Below, one piece after another: positions 38,785 through 49,743 of a stretch of 64,000 nucleotides of DNA (positions are counted from its first letter, which is position 1; every line of letters begins with the position of its first letter). The position numbers and the translations under genes were made by a program. The DNA is from Felis catus (lineage: Eukaryota): contig NC_058368.1 in assembly GCF_018350175.1 (NCBI RefSeq), forward strand, positions 84,818,001 to 84,882,000, in the 5' to 3' direction. Below the pieces are notes generated by a model, which saw nothing but the letters and a program-made list of their open reading frames with translations, did not search any database and was not told the origin of the DNA.

Positions 38785-40530
38785 TGATATTCTTGAATTA
38801 ATTGTAAAACTTGTTTTCCTCCTTTGTCAACAGTTATTTATGCTTTATGGAATGTTTGTGATAATTGATTAAAATTTAATTATATTATTAGTTATTATTT
38901 GTAACATTTTCTCTGGAAAATTGATTCCTGTAGATATTATATCTTGGGGTGTGTGCAGTTCCATTTCCCAGAGCATTTGAATATCAATACCTATGTTAGA
39001 AAAATTGTCATTAACCTGTGGTAATAGTAGTTGTGTGACAAATCCAGTTTTACACCAAATAGAGGTGAAAACACAGGAAAATACATTACAATACACGTGA
39101 AGGATTTTTATAGAGGTGTTCTGTTGCCACCGCCCCCCCCCGAAAATTTCTTTTACCAATATACCATATGTTAGATTGATCTGGTTTCATAATAATAAGG
39201 CAGGTTGTTGTGAATTCTGTACTCCTTTATTGTTCTGGACAGAGGTATATCACTTTTATCATCACAAACAACGATAGATATTCACATACAAAATGTATTA
39301 TTATGCAGGAAAGTCCATCTTGCTCCAATAGGAAGAATACACATAGAATTAATAAGCATCCCAACTACCCACTAATTGAACATCATAACTATGATTTGTG
39401 ACTAATTTATGCATAACGGCAGTGGGAGAACAATGATGTAAGTTACAAGTTCCTTTAGTAATTTTCTGTAGGTTAGGGTGACTATGTAATTTCCATAAAT
39501 TAATATTTTGGGCTGCTGCTGTTAACACAGATGACATTGATTCATTGTCAGTTTTAATACATCTGAATTAATTTATGAGATAAACCTTGTTGCCTTAAAC
39601 TGCATGTCTTTTCCCATTGCTGTGCACAGGCATTTGCTGCCATAGGGTTTTGGGTTTGGACTAGCCAATTTATCAGTTTTAAGTTATCAGCCCAGGTAGC
39701 TTTACAACATTGACTCTCATCTTGAAGTATCTACTCTAGTTTCCCCTTTTCTACAAGTTTATGTGTCTTTTCAGTATACCTTTACTTAGTAAAGGCAAAT
39801 TCTGCTTGCCCTAAAATTCCAAGTTCTACCCCAAGGCTCCCAAAGCTTGCTTTGTTCTTTGGAGCTAATATTGTTTAATCCACCATAGGTGCTATTGCCA
39901 TTGTAATCTAACAGAATTAGTACAGTTGGGTACAAATTTTGAACCCCCAAAATGTTGAGTTCTCCATGTCAGATTAATTGGGTATTAGTTACTTCTAAGT
40001 ACAATTTGGTTTGGGTGTATCAAAGGGCTTCACATAACCTTCCTGATCTTATAGTCAAATTAGTATATGGGGGAGATTGTGACCACCAAGTGTTTTTTTT
40101 TTTTCTTTCTTTCTTTTATTTTTTTAAAGGTTTTCATTCCTTTTGTTTGTTTGTCTTAATTTGTTCCATCCAAAAATCATGGCTTGTGTATACATTGAAT
40201 ATTTTGACAGCTAGGACAAGCTGCTGCTAATAGTTGTCTTTCATATTCTGCAATCTTTTGCAAGATAATTATTTAAATTTATTGAAACACAGTGATAAAA
40301 TTGTTGAATATTATAAATTGTATAGGTAGGATTTGAATTTGGTGATATTTATTTGAACATTCATCCTATCATGTGTCTCCTATAATAAATATATCCCAAC
40401 AAGTAAGCACCAAAAGTTAAAGGCAATTTGAGATATTCCATGAAGTCATAAACATGTGGTGTAAGTTGTCATTAGAGTGTATATCTGTGGTGCTCTTGCA
40501 TGTGAGATTAGCAAAAATAGCATGTAACAA
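38785..40530 (-). pseudogene. env: ERV env remnant (signal peptide, SU, cleavage site, long TM ectodomain)
   Basis: Lies between IN and the PPT. Manual translation gives MLFLLISHARA (signal-like), QRTKQ/ALGALG..GVELGILGQAE (decayed furin site plus fusion peptide, ~39800-39862), and Cys-rich segments (NIWYIGK, HVYCNVFSCVFTSIWC). Many stops and frameshifts. Confidence 0.65.
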
Positions 40531-40852
40531 GATTTTATCAGGGTGTAATGGAAAAGGGGGTGGAGATAAACATTCAGGTTTAACATCATCTAAGTTTACA
40601 GAGTTACAAACATAATGAAAAAAGAATAGGCCTGGTCCTCAATCTTGGGAGTAGATGCCTACTCAGTTGCCCTCTGCTTCTCATCCTGGTTAACAGCGAA
40701 TGTTGTTTTAGGAGGAGCCCAGTGTCAGAAATAAGAGTTGAAGTCCAATCGGGTGAAGGTTACTTTTTAAAATGAGAAACATGGGTCCATGAGTTTATCT
40801 CCTTTAAGTTGGAGGTACAGGAATATGTTAAGAGTACTTGATAATGTTCTTT

Positions 40853-40893
<41 letters not shown>

Positions 40894-41819
40894 TCAATTG
40901 GGAACTCATTTAGGAAGGAGTCAGAAATCAAAGCAGTACTTTGTTTTAGGACCTGAATTAGGCCTTGGCAAGAGGATAGAATATTCTCTTTTAATAAGGT
41001 GGGCTCATATTACCCTTCATTAAACCTCATAAGTCATCCTGTTATCATTTCGAACAGGTGAAGTTTATGTTTGCCTAAAGGAGTAGACCTGAAGCTCAAG
41101 CACACCAGGGTAGAGGTTTTGGCCATGGTAGGTTAAAAGCTTCAGTAAATTTTGTTAATTAAATTTTAATTGTGCCATTAGTTCTTCCTACCGATCCAGA
41201 AGATTGAGGATGAAAGCACAGTGAAAATGCTGCATTATTGGCCAAACATTGCATATTGCTTTGTTCTTTGAAATGGGAGCCTTTGTCACTATGTAGTTCT
41301 GAAGGAATGCTCCAATCAGGAATAATTACTTTCAGTTAATATTTTAGCTACTGTGAGGGAAGTAGCTCTCTGACAGGGAAAGACTTTGACCCAATGAGAA
41401 AACATGCACTCATAATCAAAACACATTTATATCCTTGAGTAAGCAGTAAATGAATAAAGTTGGTTTGCCATCCTTCAAAGGGACCCTTTGGGAAGGGAAA
41501 AAACCTGGAGATCCATGGAAGGCTTGTGTTTATGTCAAATTGTACACCGTTTATATAGCTTATAAGCATCTGTTGGAGAGAGTTTCCAAATGTATTGTTT
41601 TCCCCACATTACCATTTTTCAGATCCCTAATTAATTAATTGATGAAAATTTAATAAAAGGGGCATGTGGGAAGTAATAGAAACAATGTGTTTTCCATTGG
41701 CCCTTCCCATATCTGTGAGGGGTGGTCTAATTTTCTTCCTTCTTCTTCCATGGTCATTGGTTTTTGTTTTATTTTTTTTTTTTTTTCCTTAGAAGCATTT
41801 TTTTTTGTGCCTGCAAAAT

Positions 41820-42020
41820 ATTTTTTTACGTTCATTTATTTATTTTGAGAGAGAGAGAGCATGGGGGAGGAGCATAGACTGAGGGAAAGAAAGAATCACA
41901 AGCAGGCTCCATGCTGTCAGCACAGAGCCTGACATGGAGCTTGATCTCATTAATCCTGAGATTACGACTAGAGTTGAAATCTAGAGTTGGACACTTAAAC
42001 GACTGAGTCATCCAGGTGCT
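41820..42020 (-). mobile_element. CanSINE in ERV pol
   Basis: Ends GACTGAGTCATCCAGGTG; (AG)n and poly-T present. Confidence 0.9.
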
Positions 42021-43114
42021 ACAGGAAATGCTTATTTTAATTAAATGGAATTAGGATTAAAGGAACACTCAAGAATATGGGTAGACTTCAACTTTAAGGC
42101 TGCCTGTTTAACAGCTGAATCAGATAAATGGTTTCCTTTAGTTCTGTGGTGTCTGCCTTGCATGTCCAAGAATTTTTTATAATAGAAAGTTGCTTTAGTA
42201 ATTGTATAGCTTTCAGTAATTGGAATACGTGTTTTCCATTTTTAAGTTTGTCTAGTAGAGGTCAGAAATTCTCTTTGTTTCCATAGCATGCCAAAGTAAT
42301 GAGTGGGTCCAAAAGCATAATGGCTTTCACTATAAATATTAGCCATTTTACGTTTTGCTAGCTGGCAAGCCCTGATAAGAGCTTACTTAACAGTTGAGTT
42401 TACTTAACAGTTGGTAAATAAGAGCTTCCAGTAATATCAGTTAATGATGTGATAGCGTGCCTAGCTTGGTAATGTCCTTGTTCATCCTTAGATAAGACTT
42501 GTTTGGGGACCATGTTTGGTCTGTATGATCAAGAGTCATTCCCTGTAAATCATTTCCTGGTATAAGAATATAATTGGTTAACATAATGCAATCATTGCTA
42601 TTAAGGTGTGAAGTGCCCTCTGGTGTGAGTAGTAAAGTGGCAAGGTTCAGATTATGACATTGCATTAGCGTGATGTTGGTTGCAGTTAATCAGAGTAATT
42701 CATAAAAAGCAAGTTGGCTAGCAGAGAACTGTAGGAAATGATGATAATTCAGAATGGCTTCAGTTGAGGGAGTCACATAATTAAAAGACCGCTCATAATT
42801 GTTTCTTCAGTGGCTTTACAGAGGAGTGCTGTGGCAGAAAATGCCCATTAACAAGGGTGGGGTGGTGGAATCCCTTAGTTACTGAATCTTGTTGCGGCTA
42901 TAATATCCTGGTGGCCAATAGTAATCACTATGTTTTTAAGCTAATACTCATAGGGAATGTCCTTTATCTTCATGTTTAAATAGGAAAAAAAAGGTAATTT
43001 GTAGGTAAGTTGACCTAAAGCAGGGGTCTGAGTTAATGTAGACTTTAGCATTTCTATAGTTTTTCAACCTTCAGGGGTCAAGGTTATGGGGCCAGATTGG
43101 TTTAACTTTAATAG

Positions 43115-43276
43115 ATTTTTTTAAAGTTTCCTTATTTATTTGTGGGTATGAGAGAGACATAAAGAGAATCTAAAGTAGGCCCTGTGCTGTCAGTGTGGAG
43201 CCTGACACAGGCTGGACCATGAGATCATGACTTGAGCAGAAACCAAGACCTATAAACTTAACTGCCTGAGTGCCCT
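43115..43276 (-). mobile_element. CanSINE in ERV pol
   Basis: GCCCTGTGCTGTCAGTGTGGAGCCTGAC...GAGATCATGAC. Confidence 0.85.
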
Positions 43277-44626
43277 ATTATATAAAGTTTGAACTATAAT
43301 GGGAAAAATCAGGCATCCAATTTTGGCAATAGCTTATAAGCCCTATAAATCCTCTTAGTTGTCTCTTGGTTTTGGGTAAATGAAAACCCAAAATTCCTCT
43401 TATTGTTTCAGCATTTGTCAATAGGCCATCTTTTGATATCATCCTAGTTTCGTGGTATTTTACCATAGGTAAGCAAAATTGTAACTTGTCTCATAAGATT
43501 TTGTGGTCCTAAAAGACCAGTTGTTTTAACAAAATAGTGTCCTTTTGAAAATCTGTTTCTGTGTTTAAGCATAGCAGTAAGCCATCTACATATTGAATGA
43601 GAGAAGAGTGTTGAGGAAAAGTCTCATTTTCAAAATCAGCTTCTAAGATCTGGGAAAAAATATGTGGGGTTTTCACCATATCCCTGTGGCCTTACAGTCC
43701 AGGTATATTGATGACCTTCCTAGGAGAAGGCAAATGGATACTGACTATCCTTATTTGCATGAATGTTAAAAAAAGCACCACATAGGTATATTACTGAAAA
43801 ATATTGGGCATAAGTTGGTACAGCATAAAGTCTTGTGTGGGGATTAGAAACTCTAGGTTGTCTTGGCATGACGATGGTGTTTACAGCTTTCAAATCTTGG
43901 ACACATCTGCATATTTACCATAAGTTTTTTTTTAACCAGAAATATTGCAGTATTACAAGGGCAAGCACCAGGAATAAGTGTCTTTTTTACGTAGTCTAGA
44001 ATAATTGGCTAAATCCCATTTGTGGTTTTGGATTTTAATATATATTGTCAAATACTGGGCAGGTTTGGATTAATCTATAGGTATTTCATTTGGAGTGGCA
44101 CACTTGATTTTTCTTATATCACTAGAAGAAGTAAACCATAATTGTTCTGGAACCTGAGATAATAAATGTTTACTAAGTTTACAGACTTGATTAGCTTGAT
44201 TTAAATCCATAATCCTTTCAGAAATATCTTTCTGAGTTTCAATCATATTTTCTAACTTTAAAAACAATTTTCCTTTCTGTGAGAAAAAGATATGAGTATT
44301 ATATTTGTCTAAAAATCATGACAAATTAGATGGATTGGATCACAATCTACCAAAAGTAAAATATGATGTCCTGTTACATCTCTGAGTTGGAAAGTCATAG
44401 GTTTAGATTTATATACCTGAAGAGGTTGATTTGACACCCTTATCATTTGGATCATTTCTTTACCCTGAAGAAGAGGACCCTGTATCACAGTAAGGTTAAG
44501 TACAGATCATGTGTCTCCTGTGTCCATCAAAGCCTTATTAATTTCCCCTTCTATAATAATATCAAATTCTCCCAAGGTTTTGTTAAGGGTTAAGGCGATT
44601 GCCTTCTTGATTTTATCAGAGCAACC

Positions 44627-45975
44627 CTATTTTGTTTTGTTTTTTTTTTTTGATGTTTTCAAATTCCACTTCAATTTATGACACTCTCTTTTAATATGAC
44701 CTTTTTTAGAATAGTAACATGCATAATCGTAAGTTGGATTTTGATTTATCCTTGGAGTGATTTTTTCTGAGGTTTAGTTAACTGTTGAAGCTGAAAATTC
44801 ATGATCTTGGTAGGTTTAACTTTCTCTTTTTTGTTATTTTTGTGTTTTAGATGACTGATATGGAAAGGATATGAGGGCAAAGGTGACTAATGAGGCACAT
44901 TCCACATCATATTTTCTAATGACAGTAGCCAAGTCTTCATCCAAGCCTTCTGAGAGGCAGAATTTAGTAATGCATTATTTTGATGATCTTGAAAACTCAC
45001 AGGAGACCTCCCTGAAAACTTTAAATTCATAAAAATCAAACATGCATTCTCCTGGTTTATGTTTATATTGTTGAATTTTAGTCCAATTGACTTTTTTAGG
45101 GAATATGGTAGATATTGCCTGAGATAGTCTATGAACAATATATCTGCCTCTTTCTAAACCTGTTGATTCATATTTAGGAAATTCCTCCATAGGGTTTTTC
45201 CATTTCTATTTTATCAATTCATACCTTGGCTTTGCTGTTAGAACCAGTATATGTATAAGTTGCTATAAGTCATGAAAACCTGGCTTGTATGCCTTTAAAA
45301 TAAGGTCAAATTCCTGAACAAAACTTATAGGGTCCTGCAATGCTTTGGGGAGGTCCTTAGTCAGATTTTTAAGTTCTGTCCTTGTTCAGGGAGCATAAAT
45401 AAGGGTTGGTTCACCTTTCCCTATAAATGAGCTTTTAGACATTTTCCCTAAATGGAGCCGCAATAACCTTTATATCTTTGGTAGCTAGATTATGAGGCTT
45501 AGAACTTTCAGAAGAAAAAGATTGTGGGGGTAGGGTAAACAAGTCAACGTAAGAGTGCTCAGTTTGAAGCGAGTATAGAAAAGTAGGGAGAGAAGGAATT
45601 TCGGTAGCTGTTTGGGGCACTTTATCCAGTTTTTCTGTCACTTCTAAAAGTATCTAATTAGTTTCCTGTAAGGAAAACAGTTTATCATTATCTCTTTCAC
45701 AAGTTACTAAACACCAGTTAAAGAATACTTCCCATTAAGATGGTTTAGACTTATAGTTGGCTCTCTTCAGATGTGCACTCAAGAAAATCAATTTAGACAT
45801 GTCAAAAGAACCCTACTTGGACCATCTAAGGCTCAGGTTATACTTGGTTAGATCTTCCCATTTATATAATCACTTGGAGGTAGAGGATTCACGTGTGTTA
45901 CGGATTGCCAGAGTTCCAGTGAGTGGGTGTTGATTTCTTGGGTTTGTTCTACCTTTGATGGATGGTTCCCTGTTC
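44627..45975 (-). pseudogene. gag: ERV gag remnant
   Basis: MA motif LRWSK*GSFDMSKL (~45810); CA/MHR-like KIQQYKHKPGECMFDF (ORF 44975-45190); degenerate CCHC knuckle CYYSKKGHIKREC (~44680-44720); amber stop at 44627-44629. Confidence 0.85.
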
Positions 45976-46641
45976 CTTTTAATTTCAGTTTAATTTTAGA
46001 ATAGTGCTTGAATAATGTCTAAGGATGTAAAATGTGGTGGATCAAGAGTGTGCTGCTTATGAGCGTCACTTCCATGTGGCGGTGATGTACTCTTGTGTGA
46101 GTCCCAGTTTCTTCCACTGGCAAATTAATACAGCTGTGGTAGCTCAGAGGACAATGATCAATCCTTTTGTCTGCATCCCTGAACAAACCAATCTTTAATT
46201 ACCTTATGAGATGGATATTCCTATGGGACCACTACACATCCCAAGGAATATCCTCATATACTTTCAGTTAGCTTTTAGTCACCTGAAAGTGCCTTTTGGA
46301 TGGATGGAGCAATTGTCCCTTCTCTTCAGAGATGAATGACTCAGTCTTTCATATTTTTATCCATGATTTTATCTAAGCCTTATATTAATAACATCAATTA
46401 GTATAATGCCAAATTAAACAACCAATCCATTTTAACTCAATTCCTCCCAGAAAACATAACTGGTGACTTTAATAGCTCAAACAAAAGTCAGGATCTTCAA
46501 CTCAGGCTGAGGTCTGGATCAGGAGAATTTACCTAAAATATGTGAGGTGCTTAGGGGTCAGAGGAGCACAAAAGATCTGTGCTGGTACCAAGCTCCAAGT
46601 TCCAAATGACCTCCAGGTGATCTCGGGTGACTTGTTCTGAT

Positions 46642-46659
46642 AACCTGCCAACTACACCA
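46642..46659 (-). promoter_or_regulatory. Primer binding site, tRNA-Ser type
   Basis: Minus strand TGGTGTAGTTGGCAGGTT directly after the LTR CA. It is 15/18 to the tRNA-Ser complement TGGCGTAGTCGGCAGGAT (recalled), and two of the mismatches are CpG transitions. Confidence 0.8.
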
Positions 46660-47072
46660 TGAAATCTTGATGTAAAATTAGCAAAAATTTTCAGTTTTTC
46701 CCCCTTAAAAGAAAAAAAAAACAAAACAGTACTATTTGATCCCAAGTCATGACAGCTGTCCAGCATACAAAATCTTAAAAAAAAAAAAAAAGACAGTGAC
46801 CCTGAGAGAAAATGTTTAATACAGAGGTTATACATGTTCTGTTCTGTTTTGTTTTGTTTTGTTTACATCAGAGTTAGAATTTACCATGATACAAGACATT
46901 CCAGAAGTTACAAAGTTTATCTTTTGCTTTCAGTATGACAGGGTTGCAAGCTTCAGAGGAATGGGAACATAGGGAGATTTTTACTCTTATTTTTAGTTAG
47001 AAATGTTTATTTTATGTTATTTGTTAATGAAGCATATACATCATGCGTGCTCAGGGCAGAGATAGAGCCTGT

Positions 47073-47290
47073 GGGGGCACCTGGGTGGCTCACTTGTTAG
47101 AGTGTTGAACTCATGATTTTGGTTCATGTCATGGTCTCACAGTTTCTTGGGTTTGAGCCCCACATCTGGCTCTGTATTGATGGCATGAAACCTGTTTAGG
47201 ATTTTATCTCTCCCTCTCTTTCTGCTCTTCCCCCACTCATGTTCTCTGTGTCTCTCAAAATAAATAAATAAATAAAGTTAAAATAAAAAG
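47073..47290 (+). mobile_element. Older CanSINE in the 5' LTR
   Basis: GGGGCACCTGGGTGGCTCA head; diverged TSD AGAGATAGAGCCTGT/AGAAATATAGCATGT. Confidence 0.9.
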
Positions 47291-47406
47291 AAATATAGCA
47301 TGTACTTTGATGTTTGGTTAAGTCATTCTGACCTTGGTGAAATTTGAAAGTATAGCTTCTTTGAGAGCCAGGAATAGAGCCCACAGTATTAAAAGTTGAA
47401 CTTTTC

Positions 47407-47630
47407 AGGGGCGCCTGGGTGGCGCAGTCGGTTAAGCGTCCGACTTCAGCCAGGTCACGATCTCGCGGTCCGTGAGTTCGAGCCCCGTATCGGGCTCTGG
47501 GCTGATGGCTCGGAGCCTGGAGCCTGTTTCCGATTCTGTGTCTCCCTCTCTCTCTGCCCCTCCCCCGTTCATGCTCTGTCTCTCTCTGTCCCAAAAATAA
47601 ATAAACGTTGAAAAAAAATTAAAAAAAAAA
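47407..47630 (+). mobile_element. Young felid-type SINE (SINEC_Fc-like)
   Basis: GGGGCGCCTGGGTGGCGCAGTCGGTTAAGCGTCCGAC with CpGs intact; perfect TSD AAAAGTTGAACTTTTCA. Confidence 0.97.
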
Positions 47631-47945
47631 AGTTGAACTTTTCATACTCTATTTCACTTAGAATAATACTCCTTAGTTTCATCCATGTCTTTGCAAATGG
47701 CAGATTTATTTATTTTTTGATGGCTTATTGTGTGTGTGTGTGTGTGTGTCTGTGTATGTGTGTATGTGTGTTTCTCACATATTTTTAATCTACTCATCTA
47801 TAGATGGACACTTTGGCTATTTTAATAATTTGGTTATTGTATATATAATGCTTCTATTAACACTTGAATGAATCTACCTCTTTGAACTACTATTTTTGCT
47901 TTTTGGGTAAATGCCTGGTGATGCAATTGCTGGGTCATAGGATAG

Positions 47946-48004
<59 letters not shown>

Positions 48005-48999
48005 ACTTTTTGAGGAATCTGTTTTCCAAAGTGGTTGCACCCATTTGCATTATCAACATTACAAGAGGGTTATTCTTTCTCCACCTCTTTGCTAATACCT
48101 GTTATTTCCTGTGTTGTTAAGTTTAGCCATTATGACAGCTGTAAGGTGATATCCCATTGTAGTTTTGGCTTTCATTACCCTGATGATGAGTGATATTGAG
48201 CATCTTTCACATGTATGTTGGTCATCTATATGTCTTCTTGGGGAAAATATCTGTTCATATCTTCTGCCAATATTTAACTGGATTATTCATTTTGGGGATG
48301 TTGGGTTGCACAAGTTCTTTATATATTTTCAATACTAACCATTTATAATATATGTCATTTTGAAATATCTTCTCCTATTCCATAGATTGCCCTATAGTTT
48401 TTTGTTTTTTGTTTTGTTTGTTTTTACTTCTTTCCTTCTCTGGGCAGAAGATTTTATTCAGATACAGTACCAATAGTTTATTTGTTATTTTGTTTCCCAT
48501 GCCTTAAGAGACATGTCTTAGAAAGAAGCTGTTGTTGCGAATGTCAAATAAGTTACCACCTGCACACTCTTCTAAGATTTTTATGGTTTCAAATATCACA
48601 ATAAAGACTTTAATCCATTGGGAATTTATTTTTATGAATGTTGTAAGACAGTGGTCATATTCATTCTTTTACATGTAGCTGTCCAGTTTTCCCAACACCA
48701 TTTGTTAAAGAGACATTCGTTTTCCTATTGGATATTCTTTCCCACTTAGCTGAAGAATAATTGGCCATATATTTGGGGTCAATTTATAGGTTTTATATTA
48801 TGTTCTGTTGACTTATGTTTCTATTTTTCTGCCAGTACGATACTGATCACATCATTAGAGATTTGCAATATAGCTTAAAGTCCAGAATTGTGAGGCCTCC
48901 AGCTATACTTTGCCTTTTTTAAGAGTGCTTTGGCCATGTTGGGTCTTACAAATTTTGGGATTGTTCGATCTCTGTTAAAAATGTTGTTATATATCTATT

Positions 49000-49214
49000 T
49001 TTTAGTTTTAAATAGTTTTGACTTATTTTTGAGAGAGAGGGAGAAAGAGAGAGACAGAGTTTGAGCAAGGGAGGGGCAGAGAGAGACAGAGACACAGAAT
49101 CTGAAGCAGGCTTCATGCTCTGAGCTGTCAATATAGAGTTGGACATGGGGCTCAAACCCATAAATCATGAGATTATGACCTGAGCCAAAATCATACACTT
49201 AACCCAGGTGCCCC
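49000..49214 (-). mobile_element. CanSINE
   Basis: GAGACACAGAATCTGAAGCAGGC...CCAGGTGCCCC. Confidence 0.9.
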
Positions 49215-49511
49215 ATTTTTATTGATATTTTTATAGGGATTGAATGAAATGTGTAGATTGCTTTGGGTAGTGTAGAAATTTTAACAATATTCATTTTCCT
49301 GCTCCATGAGCATGGAATGCATTTCAATTTCTCTGTGTTTTCCTCAATTGTTTTCCAGCAGTGTTTTATAGTTTTAAGAATACAGGTCTTTCACCTGTTT
49401 GGTTAAGCATACTTAGGTATTGTATGGTTTTGGTTCAATTATAAATGGGATCAATTCCTTAATTTCTTTTTCTGCTGCTTCATTATTAGTGTATAGAAAT
49501 GAATTTTGTAA

Positions 49512-49743
49512 ATTTTTTAATGTTTATTTATTTTTGAGAGAGTGAGAGACAGAGACAGAGGCAGAGACAGAGAAAGCATAAGTGGGAGAGGGGCAGAGAA
49601 AGAGGGAGACATGGAATCCAAAGCAGGCTCCACGCTCTGAGCTGTCAGCACAGAGCCTGATGCAGGGCTCAAATCCATGAACCATTAGATCATGATCTGA
49701 GCTGAAGTCAGACACCCAACCAACTGAGTCACCCAGACACCCT
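49512..49743 (-). mobile_element. CanSINE
   Basis: CTCTGAGCTGTCAGCACAGAGCC...CAACTGAGTCACCCAG. Confidence 0.9.

Larger units (their letters stand above)
40700..44626 (-). pseudogene. pol: ERV pro-pol remnant (class I / gamma-like)
   Basis: Protease ALMDTGDT (~44520); RT QYTWTVRPQGY (~43690) and LIQYVDGLLL (~43590); LRGFIGLISYC (ORF 43278-43466); RNase H NIYSESHYAFG (~42320); IN LHSDKGSHF (~41285) and HPQSSG..GRTNG (~41200). Confidence 0.92.
23190..47646 (-). mobile_element. Decayed endogenous retrovirus provirus (LTR-PBS-gag-pro-pol-env-PPT-LTR remnant), interrupted by L1s and SINEs
   Basis: A matching LTR segment (AGCCCACAGYATTAAAAGTTGAA) lies at ~23293 and ~47377. PBS, PPT and retroviral protein motifs occur in the correct order (see sub-features). 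Confidence 0.85.
46660..47646 (-). repeat. 5' LTR of the provirus, carrying two SINE insertions
   Basis: Abuts the PBS; minus-strand AATAAA at ~47005; shares its U3 segment with 23268-23321. Confidence 0.75.

Noticed and set aside
47196..47611. ORFs such as MGQRETEHERGRG.. and ..RFCVSLSLC..
   Set aside because: These are standard CanSINE translations, as are the similar ORFs at ~20.5, 49.0, 49.6, 53.1 and 54.1 kb.
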